DNA of 64,000 nucleotides, from the IMG/VR virus record IMGVR_UViG_3300025687_000022. One strand, written 5' to 3'. Positions 1 through 8,530 of the stretch are shown here, one piece after another. Each line of letters starts with the position of its first letter. Position 1 is the first letter of the stretch. A program made the translations under genes and the position numbers. This DNA is from a virus. The notes beneath the pieces are model-generated. The model was not told where the DNA came from, made no database searches, and worked only from the letters and a program-made list of their open reading frames with translations.

Positions 1-258
1 AAAATTTAAAGCGCGAACACCATTTTGCTGAGCGTTTGTAGATTTAAATTGTTTTAGATTGTTACCAAATGTTGAAGTAACGTATATTGGAGTAAAGCGT
101 CTATTAACTCTGCCGTAAAGATATTTCTCTGCCGTAAAATCCATTAGATTTTCATACTCAGGTGAAACAGAGTTTTTTGCGTCATTTTTATAAACAATTC
201 TTTTGTTAAAAAGCAAAAGAGTTGATTCATTGTTTTTTTCTACTAAAAAAGTTCCCAT
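1..258 (-). CDS. Hypothetical protein, partial (runs off left edge)
   Basis: ATG at 258 overlaps the upstream TAA (TAATG); frame open to position 1 (MGTFLVEKNNESTLLLFNKRIVY...EKYLYGRVNR). Not in the ORF track. Confidence 0.75.
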   Translation of the reverse strand, partial: MGTFLVEKNNESTLLLFNKRIVYKNDAKNSVSPEYENLMDFTAEKYLYGRVNRRFTPIYVTSTFGNNLKQFKSTNAQQNGVRALNF

Positions 259-3200
259 TAAAATTTCCTACCTGGAAGTAGGGGTTGAATTGGTACGTCA
301 TTCTCATCACCACTACTACCATCATCCCCGTTTACATCATCTGGTATTAGTGCATTTTGCTGTTCAAGATCTTTGTTCAATGCCTCCAATCTTCCAAGCA
401 AATCTGAACACTTTGAAACGTCTGGCTCTTCTGAGCCTTTATCTGCTTCGCTATTTTGATTACTGGCAAGCTCCTCTGCCTCTGCTTGTGCCACCCATTT
501 CGCGTTTATTGTTGTTTCCGCCAATCCAGGTCCAATCGTGTGATCTGAGCTAATAATCATACAATAGCCACCAACACCAAGTCTAGTTAAATTTTGGTCA
601 AGTGATGGATCAAAGCCACGAGGTTCAACATAAATATAATTACCAGGGAAAGCTGAAACATCTAAAAATGTCTTAATAGTAACATCGTACAATACTCTTA
701 ATTGTGATAGCCCATCATAACCTTCCTGTTCAAAACGAACTTCCGCTAAACCAGTAGATGTTGTTTTTGTTAAGTCTATTGTTTTAACAATGCCTCTATC
801 TTTGCCAACTTGGTAGTGCCATATACCTTTTGGGTGATCTTCGCTTTTCACGCCTCTCATAATCTCAGTTGGCTGTGTTCTTGCGGCGTAATAAACAAGA
901 TAATTTATTTCTTTATCAATACCTGGATTGTTGGTAGCCTCATCTCTTCCGCCCATAACATTGAGTATCGGCATCGAAAAGGCTTGAATGGGGAGTCTTG
1001 TTGTTTTTCTTTTTTTACATAAATATGTAATATCATCAACATCGTCGTAATTGTTGTAAGCAGTGAGCGCAGCACTACCAAGTCTTGTCTTTTGCCTTGC
1101 TCTATTACTATAGCACGTATCTTTATTCAAGAAAGTACCAATAAGTTCATTAAAAAACTGATTAAGGAAAGTATTGAGTGGGTATATTTCTCTTTCTTTT
1201 TTAAGGTATTTTTCAGTTAAAAACTCCATAAAATATTTAACTGAAATCGGCAAATCGCCAAAGTTAACGAATTCTGTTGTAATGGCAGCACCAGTTTTGT
1301 TCGCATTTAATAATTCAACTGGTCCCAGCATTATTCTCAATCTTTTAAAGTTTTCAAGATATCTCTTGTAATTTTCAATTTCTATTGCGTAAGCTTCTTC
1401 TAATCCTTCGGGAGCTTCTTTTTCTAATTCTTGTACTGTTAAATCGAGCGTCTTACCAATACGCTCTAAAATTACATCCAACAAATCGCTTACCCAGAAA
1501 AAAGAAGTGCTAAATACAGTCTCTACCGGAAAAGTGTTTGGTGTTGCTACTGTGACTTTTTCTTCGTCAGTATCTGCTTCAGTAAACAAAGTAGAAGTTA
1601 AAGAATCAGGAGTACTTGGTGAAAGGCTCTGTACCGTAACTTCTGCAAATGCTTTTTCTAGTTGTTCTGAGCTATCAGATAAAGGACCGTTTCTTCTATA
1701 TAAATCCATTGTGTTAATCGGTATATTTACAACTCTAATTTTTTCTTTTTCAATCATGTCTAACATGAGAGAACGTCTGTTTATTATTTTCTCTTGTTCG
1801 ATAACTTCAGCGTTTGCATTTCTAATTTCTGAAATATTTTCAACTGCGCTACATTTCTTTATTTCATTAGCGTATTCAATTTTTCGTAATGTTTGACTAA
1901 CAGATCCTGTAGCTATATCTGGGTTTGAGAAAATATCAAAGCTTTTTTCATCAAAAAAGTCTTCAACGTAAGCAAAGTATTGTTGTGTGAAAGTTACCTT
2001 ACCAGTTTCCTCAAATTTAAAATCATGAACCGTTGGAGTCAAGTTTAAAGTAATATAAGAATCATAAACAGCACTTTTTATATCGTCTGTGATAACAGTT
2101 CCATCGACGCTAATTGGGTTTGCCCAGCCAACGATTGCTTTTAATCTAAAATTTAATTTTTGAAGATTTGACGTTAATTTCTCATCTGCGCTTAGTGGAT
2201 CCAAGCTGTTGACCGTTTCTTCACCACCAGTTTTGAGCGCAAGATCAATGTAAGAGTATTCGCCACGTTTTCTCAATAACTCTCCAAACGTATTTGCAAC
2301 TATTACTAATGTTGCTTTGATTGATTTTTTAATCGCAAATGGATTATCTCCATCATAAGAAAATGAAAAACTTTTAATTCCTACACCATGCCCTCTTTTT
2401 CTTATGTCTTCCAGAAGTGATAAGTCTTTTTGTGTTGTATTGCTATCAAATTCTATTTCAATTTCTCTTTCTGTTTGACTTCCGGTGTCATAGACGACTT
2501 TATAGAGGCGCGTCATTGGCTGCAAAGAAGAAAGAGCAGCATTTGAAATGTCGAAGAATGCTTCTTTCTTGCCGCTTTGTGTCAACCTGTTCATCAAAGC
2601 GTATGGATCGCCTTGCAGCAATAAAGTTCTATTGCCAGAGGCACTTTCTGAGGGTAATTGCTTTCTATGATATATTTGAAATAAAGGATCTCTTACTGGT
2701 TCGCCTTCTATGTTGGTAGTGGAGCCTATATCAATTTGTTTTTTTATTCTTGCAAGTGCCTGAACGTTTGATAAAAGAAAGCACTGCTCTTTAAAGCGAA
2801 CATTTTTAAAATAAATTGAATCTCTAAAACGTTCTTGTTTTTCTGCAATTTCACTTAAAAGTTCTTCAGATAAAGTGCCATCACCAAAACGGCGATTAAT
2901 TATGCCAGCAAGTCCACTTCTTTCTTCCTCTTCTGCCTGTTTAAAGATAGCAGTGAACCCCGCATTTTCATAAATTTCTGCAACAAGAATCTCCAAATAT
3001 GCATCTAAATTAGTTTCGGAAGTCGAGCAAGGATTAAAATTTACCTCGACTGCTCTTGAGTCGTTACCAACGTTATCAATAGAACTACCACTAGTAAAAA
3101 CACCTATAAGATTTAGTGTCGCAGGGGATTGCGCTAGCAGGAGCGGATCGTATATTGCGTTAAAATCTTCAAGCCCACAACCTCCGAAAATATATTCTAC

Positions 3201-3542
3201 AGTGAAAACTCTATCAATATTTTGACTAAAACTTTTTCCAAAATCTTCCCCTAACTTGCTCTTCGCCCCTTGAGCACCCCGATAGCCGATCATCCACTCG
3301 ATAAACTCCATACCCTCTTCAAAGTCTGAATCAATCTCTATCAAAGTTTCTTTTTGATCATTAAAAATGCCCTCGGCAATTCCATAAGCTTTGCTATTAA
3401 TAGAGCCAGGAGTGGGATCAGTTCCTTTTTGTTTTTCAGATAGCCAGCTAAGAAAATCCCAAGGAAGATTTTTGTCCGCAGAATTGGATTTTCCGTTTTC
3501 TTTTTCTACGACCAATCTATAAAGTTCTTTACCAGTTGTCAT
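258..3542 (-). CDS. Putative baseplate hub-like protein (1094 aa)
   Basis: Follows TMP / tube-like / LysM genes as in contractile tails; C-terminal pattern (GIVKTIDL...PGNYIYV...GVGGYCMIISSDHTI...TTINAKW) resembles gp27/GpD hub folds. Confidence 0.55.
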   Translation of the reverse strand: MTTGKELYRLVVEKENGKSNSADKNLPWDFLSWLSEKQKGTDPTPGSINSKAYGIAEGIFNDQKETLIEIDSDFEEGMEFIEWMIGYRGAQGAKSKLGEDFGKSFSQNIDRVFTVEYIFGGCGLEDFNAIYDPLLLAQSPATLNLIGVFTSGSSIDNVGNDSRAVEVNFNPCSTSETNLDAYLEILVAEIYENAGFTAIFKQAEEEERSGLAGIINRRFGDGTLSEELLSEIAEKQERFRDSIYFKNVRFKEQCFLLSNVQALARIKKQIDIGSTTNIEGEPVRDPLFQIYHRKQLPSESASGNRTLLLQGDPYALMNRLTQSGKKEAFFDISNAALSSLQPMTRLYKVVYDTGSQTEREIEIEFDSNTTQKDLSLLEDIRKRGHGVGIKSFSFSYDGDNPFAIKKSIKATLVIVANTFGELLRKRGEYSYIDLALKTGGEETVNSLDPLSADEKLTSNLQKLNFRLKAIVGWANPISVDGTVITDDIKSAVYDSYITLNLTPTVHDFKFEETGKVTFTQQYFAYVEDFFDEKSFDIFSNPDIATGSVSQTLRKIEYANEIKKCSAVENISEIRNANAEVIEQEKIINRRSLMLDMIEKEKIRVVNIPINTMDLYRRNGPLSDSSEQLEKAFAEVTVQSLSPSTPDSLTSTLFTEADTDEEKVTVATPNTFPVETVFSTSFFWVSDLLDVILERIGKTLDLTVQELEKEAPEGLEEAYAIEIENYKRYLENFKRLRIMLGPVELLNANKTGAAITTEFVNFGDLPISVKYFMEFLTEKYLKKEREIYPLNTFLNQFFNELIGTFLNKDTCYSNRARQKTRLGSAALTAYNNYDDVDDITYLCKKRKTTRLPIQAFSMPILNVMGGRDEATNNPGIDKEINYLVYYAARTQPTEIMRGVKSEDHPKGIWHYQVGKDRGIVKTIDLTKTTSTGLAEVRFEQEGYDGLSQLRVLYDVTIKTFLDVSAFPGNYIYVEPRGFDPSLDQNLTRLGVGGYCMIISSDHTIGPGLAETTINAKWVAQAEAEELASNQNSEADKGSEEPDVSKCSDLLGRLEALNKDLEQQNALIPDDVNGDDGSSGDENDVPIQPLLPGRKF

Positions 3543-3546
3543 TTTA

Positions 3547-3885
3547 TCACACGTCCAAGATTCTTAAGGTTTCTTCTAAATTTAGTGGAATAGCAAGAAC
3601 TTTGCCAGTTTTTATTTGAGATTCCATGTTGTATCCATTCCACCACGCAATAACCCACCAGTATCTGGAGTCTCCATAATAATTATTAGCGAGAACATAA
3701 AGACGATCTCCGTATTTCCAAGTGTGATACGTAGTTCTGATCGAAGCTCTTTGAGCAACCGTTGGGTTAACCATAGGTCTTGTAGCTTGATGAACTATTG
3801 ATTTTGAACCTCTTGATTTTCTAATTGGCTCGTAATAGTCACTGTTATTTGTTAGTATTCTTGCTTTATTATATCTTGAAGGCAT
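3547..3885 (-). CDS. LysM-like baseplate protein (gp53/tail X-like)
   Basis: YHTWKYGDRLYVLANNYYGDSRYWWVIAWWN...GKVLAIP is a LysM/gp53-type signature. Confidence 0.8.
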   Translation of the reverse strand: MPSRYNKARILTNNSDYYEPIRKSRGSKSIVHQATRPMVNPTVAQRASIRTTYHTWKYGDRLYVLANNYYGDSRYWWVIAWWNGYNMESQIKTGKVLAIPLNLEETLRILDV

Positions 3886-3905
3886 AGTATAGTATTAAAT
3901 CCTTG

Positions 3906-4721
3906 TTAGATGCTATTGATCGTGCTTATAATAATTGACGCCAGTTCATCCACTTCAGCATCAGTTGGTGCATCTTCTTCTGCGGGTGCAGATTCGAGTG
4001 TTTCGTCGTTAACATTATTTGCTTGAACCGCATTATAAGGAAAGCTATTTCCTTCTGCAAAGCTGTAGTCGCCATTTGTATCTGCTTGCCATCCAAGTGA
4101 ATGCTCGTGAATAGGACTAAAATCAACAGTTATCACAACCTTTTTCGGCAGAATAACTCCCTTATCTTTTAAGAATACGCCTAAATCAGAATCAGCGATA
4201 TTATGATCAACAGTTACGTTATTTATAATCCCAAGAAGTCCCTTGTCGCCGCCCTTATAGTTTGTATAAATATCTTCAGGTCTTTGGTCTGCTCCATTCG
4301 AAGTAGTATTTTTTGTTAACAAGTTCATAACTTTTAATCTAATAAGCGAAGATTGAGCTATGGTGGTCGCGCTTTGTACATCAGTATAAGCAGGATAAAG
4401 AAATTGAACTAGCGTTTGTGCTTTTGCTAGTATCTCATAAGCTTCGCCTGTGCTTGATGCTGGCGCTTCAAAAGTAAGTGATATCTTTCTTGTTGTGTTT
4501 TTAAAAGTATAAATAGGGTCTGCTCTGCCATAAACAGTTTCTGGTGTCCAATCTGGCGAATATGTATCAGTAAAAGCATTAATAAATGCTTTGAAAGCAA
4601 CTTCTTTGCCTGTTATTAAATGAGTAAAGATAATTACAAATCCTGAATTGGCTAAAGCATCAGAAGGATCGCTAAAAGCATTCCCAGCGGGAGCATTATA
4701 CCTATCATACTTAAAATCCAT
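3906..4721 (-). CDS. Tail tube initiator / tube-like baseplate protein
   Basis: FKAFINAFTDTYSPDW..VYGRADPIYTFKNTTRKISLTF motif; directly after tape measure. Confidence 0.65.
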   Translation of the reverse strand: MDFKYDRYNAPAGNAFSDPSDALANSGFVIIFTHLITGKEVAFKAFINAFTDTYSPDWTPETVYGRADPIYTFKNTTRKISLTFEAPASSTGEAYEILAKAQTLVQFLYPAYTDVQSATTIAQSSLIRLKVMNLLTKNTTSNGADQRPEDIYTNYKGGDKGLLGIINNVTVDHNIADSDLGVFLKDKGVILPKKVVITVDFSPIHEHSLGWQADTNGDYSFAEGNSFPYNAVQANNVNDETLESAPAEEDAPTDAEVDELASIIISTINSI

Positions 4722-4723
4722 TT

Positions 4724-6703
4724 TTAACCTCCTGCTCTAACTGTTCTAATTTCTCTACCGATTACTTCAACAACAAACTCTGCCATTTTATCGCCGTTTA
4801 ATGTAACTTGAATAGGTTGTCTTACTGTTTGTTCTCTACTAGAAGTTGCCGCTGGCGCACCAGCAGCAGTAGCAGCGTTAGCAGAATTTGCAACTTGCAC
4901 ATTCTTCTTGATTGAAATTTCTTTCATAGTATTCGCGTCTTCACCAAGTCCCATAAAGCCTTTGATTTTGCCACCAACTGAATCAATTGCGCCACTAACA
5001 AGGTTCATCGGATTCATAACAGATAATACCATTTCTGCGATAAAGCCAAATGCATTTCCAATTTTACCTAACCCCTCCAAGAAAGAGGACGCATATACCT
5101 TTTTGAACAAAAGATACCCGATTGCCCCTATAGCTGCAGCAGCTGCTAAAAATGGCCATGTCGCAGCAAGTGTACTAGCGGCGAGCGTTATCATGCTCCA
5201 GTTTAGTGCTACTATACCTGCTATAAAAACAGGTATCAAAATAGCCCCAATAAACTTAAAAACCTCAGCATATTCTAGCATGAACGTTGTTAGGATTGTA
5301 AACAAATCAATTAACGGTGTCAAAATGGGTATCATTTGAGCAAATGCTGTATTTAACTTTTCTTGGAAACCTTGCATCTCGTTTGCTCGTTTTGCTGCAT
5401 CAACATAACTTTGTTCTGTTTGTTTTGTACTCTCAGATAACATATCCATGTTTCCAGACATAACAAGAGCTAGCTCGCTAACATCGCTTAAGTCAAGTGA
5501 ATCAGCATAAAACTTCTTTTGATAATAACTCATATCATCAAAAGATAGTCCAGCATTTAATAACGAATCTCGAATCATGTTAAAACGCTCTGCTGGATCT
5601 GTTGCCATCATTAGGTCCATTGCATTGACAAAGTTGCCTCCAAGAGCAGCGTTAAGTTTTCCAGCTTGTTCGGCGGCACCCTCAAAAGTATCAAATTTAT
5701 CTGTAATTCTTAAAATCTTTTCCATTTCTAGACCAGTAATCTTTGATGCGATTGCAAGATCTTTAAAAGCATCTACACCTTGATCACCCATCTTTGCCAT
5801 CATGTTGCCCGCGCCAGCGAATTGCTGACCTAACATTTGGGGAGCAACCCCTATCTCTTCTGCAAACTTCTCTATGTTCAGCATGTTCTGCCCTGCTTGT
5901 TCTGCTGACATGCCTAATGCTTTTGTTGAGATCTGAACGCTTTTGGCAAAATCTGTATTAGAAATACCTAATTTGTTTAAAACCGCGCTAGTTTGTGCCA
6001 ATGATTCTCTTTGCTCTTTTGCCATAAACGTAAAATCAGTAAAACCAGTATAAAGGGCTTCATAAGCTTTACTTGTTTCTTCTATACTGGCACCAAATTT
6101 ACGTGTCTCTTTGTAAGAGTTAGTGACTGATCGTGCGAAGTCTTGATTAGCGCCAGTGACTTTCATAAAGTTAGCTTCGGCATCACCTAGATCTATCGCT
6201 AAATCAACAATAGCTTTGGTAAAAACAAGAAGGGAGTCTACTGCAAACAAGCCAGCAAAGAGTTTTGTTGCTGCCATGCCGGCAGCTTTAATATTTTTCA
6301 TTTTTTCAGCGACAGACATTAGATTTTTAGGGTCTAATGCTCCTTTTAAATCTGGAGCTTTGCCTGAAAATATAGTGGAGAATGAGTTTGCAAGATCTTT
6401 GGCGCTTTCGCCTGCTTTTTTAATGATTTTTGCTTGTTCTTGTAGTGTAAATAGAAGTTCTCTCTCCGCGTCGGACGCTTCCTTTCCTTTTTGTGCAATT
6501 ATTTTTTTAAGATCTTTGATTCTTTTTTGAAGTTTTTCCTCGTCCTCCAAATACTCTCTTTGTATTTGTTTTATGGTAAGAATTTCTTTGTCTTGTTCTG
6601 CTCGGTTTTTAATTTCTACGTTTTGCTCTTTTAGTAATTTAAGTTCTTCTTTTAGTTCTTCTTTTAGTTCTTCTAAGGTTTTCGAATTTGATTCATCAGC
6701 CAT
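4724..6703 (-). CDS. Tail tape measure protein
   Basis: Ala/Met-rich helical protein with coiled-coil N-terminus and hydrophobic C-terminal segments; follows tail chaperone genes. Confidence 0.8.
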   Translation of the reverse strand: MADESNSKTLEELKEELKEELKLLKEQNVEIKNRAEQDKEILTIKQIQREYLEDEEKLQKRIKDLKKIIAQKGKEASDAERELLFTLQEQAKIIKKAGESAKDLANSFSTIFSGKAPDLKGALDPKNLMSVAEKMKNIKAAGMAATKLFAGLFAVDSLLVFTKAIVDLAIDLGDAEANFMKVTGANQDFARSVTNSYKETRKFGASIEETSKAYEALYTGFTDFTFMAKEQRESLAQTSAVLNKLGISNTDFAKSVQISTKALGMSAEQAGQNMLNIEKFAEEIGVAPQMLGQQFAGAGNMMAKMGDQGVDAFKDLAIASKITGLEMEKILRITDKFDTFEGAAEQAGKLNAALGGNFVNAMDLMMATDPAERFNMIRDSLLNAGLSFDDMSYYQKKFYADSLDLSDVSELALVMSGNMDMLSESTKQTEQSYVDAAKRANEMQGFQEKLNTAFAQMIPILTPLIDLFTILTTFMLEYAEVFKFIGAILIPVFIAGIVALNWSMITLAASTLAATWPFLAAAAAIGAIGYLLFKKVYASSFLEGLGKIGNAFGFIAEMVLSVMNPMNLVSGAIDSVGGKIKGFMGLGEDANTMKEISIKKNVQVANSANAATAAGAPAATSSREQTVRQPIQVTLNGDKMAEFVVEVIGREIRTVRAGG

Positions 6704-6725
6704 AAAATAGCCCTCATTTTATTTA

Positions 6726-6733
6726 TAAATAGT
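6726..6733 (-). promoter_or_regulatory. ACTATTTA motif upstream of tape measure (putative late promoter)
   Basis: Same octamer in several intergenic gaps about 20-50 nt before start codons. Confidence 0.6.
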
Positions 6734-6741
6734 AACCCAGC

Positions 6742-6774
6742 AAAAAAGAATAGGGCGCTATCGTTGCGCCCTAT
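6742..6774 (-). terminator. Rho-independent terminator
   Basis: 9-bp stem ATAGGGCGC/GCGCCCTAT followed by TCTTTTTT on the minus strand. Confidence 0.8.
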
Positions 6775-6776
6775 GT

Positions 6777-7025
6777 TTACATCAACTTTTTAGGTTTTGG
6801 TGGCTGGTTTATTGCCGACAATGTATGAGTATTAGAAGATTTATTACCCTTTGAAGCTTCTTGCATAGCTTTCTGCTCTGCTTCTAACTGTTTCATCAAG
6901 CGCTTAACAAACCAGTTTCTAAGCCCTACAGGCAAGTTGTAAGCTTCAGAAAAAGACCACCCACCAGAATACTTAAGGAAAAAAAACTGTTCGTATACGT
7001 TCTCTATGTAATCAGTTGTTAGACC
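6777..7025 (-). CDS. Tail assembly chaperone C-terminal extension (probably reached by +1 frameshift)
   Basis: GLTTDYIENVYEQFFFLKYSGGWSFSEAYNLPVGLRNWFVKRL resembles chaperone extension segments; no in-frame ATG/GTG near its start; overlaps upstream gene in the +1 frame. Confidence 0.65.
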   Translation of the reverse strand, partial: GLTTDYIENVYEQFFFLKYSGGWSFSEAYNLPVGLRNWFVKRLMKQLEAEQKAMQEASKGNKSSNTHTLSAINQPPKPKKLM

Positions 7026-7854
7026 AAAAGAAATCCGCTGAAAGCGGAACCTCCATGTCCTGTTCGTGACTACATTCTGAACAAACAAAGTTTTGTGTTA
7101 AATCAATGTTTGGGGCGGCTAATTTATAAGCTGTTCTTAAAAATCTAGAATCAATAGAAGGAACGTTCTCAACAAAATAACGCTTGGCTTCTTCGGAGGT
7201 ATCTCCATTTAAAGAAACAATAATTGCGTAAAGCTGTCTTGTAATGTTTTTTTCTACTTTGGATCTTTTATCGTCTTCCATACCTTTTAAAAAGCTTTTT
7301 TCATCTGTTCCAGTTAATAATCTAAAACAAACATTTACTTTTGTTTTTGGAAGAGTAACACTAAACGTTCCATTTTCATTAAGAGTAACATCTTCGCCTA
7401 AATCATCGCCTGGATTATAAACATTAGCTTCATTTAAATCAAACGAATAATCTTGACTTGTTGAACAACTTGGGCAAGTAACTTTTGTCTGATATATATT
7501 ACCATACCCGTATTTTCTAATCGCAATAATAATTGCATTTTTATCGCCAACTAAAAGAGAGTTTGGGTTAATTCTTTTATCTACAATAAGATTTGCTATA
7601 ACTCTCTCTAAAGCAACGCCTTTTTTAAGAAGCGTCTGGGAAGTTAGAATATCCTCTTCTTTTGCGGTCATTTGTTTTATTTCAATTGACTCTTGATTAT
7701 GAAGAGGATGGTTAGGCGAATAAAATCTTCCGCCAGATGGTAGTTCTACAAAATCAGTTGGAACTACAAAAGAAAAACCACCAGAGTCTTCCATTTGCGC
7801 TGGTGGCTGGGTGTCTTGGCGAGTTGCGCCAAGACGGTCACTATTTCTACTCAA
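7012..7854 (-). CDS. Tail/baseplate assembly chaperone (T4 gp26-like)
   Basis: VELPSGG..Y, MTAKEEDIL, CPSC and CSEC motifs, ends DFFW; between tube and TMP; GAGGT SD before TTG. Confidence 0.75.
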   Translation of the reverse strand: MSRNSDRLGATRQDTQPPAQMEDSGGFSFVVPTDFVELPSGGRFYSPNHPLHNQESIEIKQMTAKEEDILTSQTLLKKGVALERVIANLIVDKRINPNSLLVGDKNAIIIAIRKYGYGNIYQTKVTCPSCSTSQDYSFDLNEANVYNPGDDLGEDVTLNENGTFSVTLPKTKVNVCFRLLTGTDEKSFLKGMEDDKRSKVEKNITRQLYAIIVSLNGDTSEEAKRYFVENVPSIDSRFLRTAYKLAAPNIDLTQNFVCSECSHEQDMEVPLSADFFWSNN

Positions 7855-7877
7855 TTTACACCTCGTTATTTATGAGT

Positions 7878-8462
7878 TTATGATGAAGTGGTTGTGGTTG
7901 TAAAGTGATCGGTTTTGCTTGCATCAGTTAACTGAGCCCAATCATATTTAAACTTGATTGTATATTCGGTTAGTTCATCACTGGTATAATCAAGAGTACC
8001 GTGCTGGACTTCAGTGATAAAAGCGTTCCACAACGTCCAAGACTCAACAGGTTGGCCATCTGAATCTATCTGCGTGATGATAACACTTTGAAGTGCGGAT
8101 ACCGCTTTTGCTTTTGAGATTGTTTGCTGGACGTTAGTGTTTGCAGGAATAACATAACCACCCTCAATAACTTTTTGGGCTAACGTTCCGGCAACATCTG
8201 GGTCAGTTGGGTCAACAACAGTAATATCAACATCACTCCAAGTAACGGAACCTGGATAATTAAAAGTATGTCCAAGATATTTGTGCTCAACCGAGTTGAT
8301 TGTATATCCTGGCTTTGTAGCAGTCTTTGCATACCAAACAATAGATGATTCAGCACCTGTTCCTGCAGCGCTACTTAAACCAGTGATCTGAACTGTAAAT
8401 CTAAAATTTCTTTTTGGGTCTTTGTTACCAGAATTAGAGAAACTGTCTGTCCAAAATGCCAT
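7878..8462 (-). CDS. Tail tube protein (gp19-like)
   Basis: DPKRNFRF, YPGSVTWSDV, WTLWNAF..GTLDY..FKYDWA; immediately after sheath. Confidence 0.9.
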   Translation of the reverse strand: MAFWTDSFSNSGNKDPKRNFRFTVQITGLSSAAGTGAESSIVWYAKTATKPGYTINSVEHKYLGHTFNYPGSVTWSDVDITVVDPTDPDVAGTLAQKVIEGGYVIPANTNVQQTISKAKAVSALQSVIITQIDSDGQPVESWTLWNAFITEVQHGTLDYTSDELTEYTIKFKYDWAQLTDASKTDHFTTTTTSS

Positions 8463-8491
8463 GTGTAAAGGCTCCTATAATGTTTATACTT

Positions 8492-8499
8492 TAAATAGT
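8492..8499 (-). promoter_or_regulatory. ACTATTTA motif upstream of tail tube
   Basis: Recurrent intergenic octamer, 30 nt before ATG. Confidence 0.6.
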
Positions 8500-8527
8500 A
8501 AATGTGAGAGAAAAATCTCTCACATTT
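8500..8527 (-). terminator. Hairpin after sheath gene (terminator or processing site)
   Basis: Perfect 12-bp inverted repeat AAATGTGAGAGA/TCTCTCACATTT with 4-nt loop. Confidence 0.6.
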
Positions 8528-8530
8528 TCA

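Noticed and set aside
7026-7088. TTG start at 7088 for the 103-aa ORF
   Set aside because: It lies inside the upstream gene with no SD; the first 20 residues look like off-frame sequence, and a frameshift explains the ORF better.
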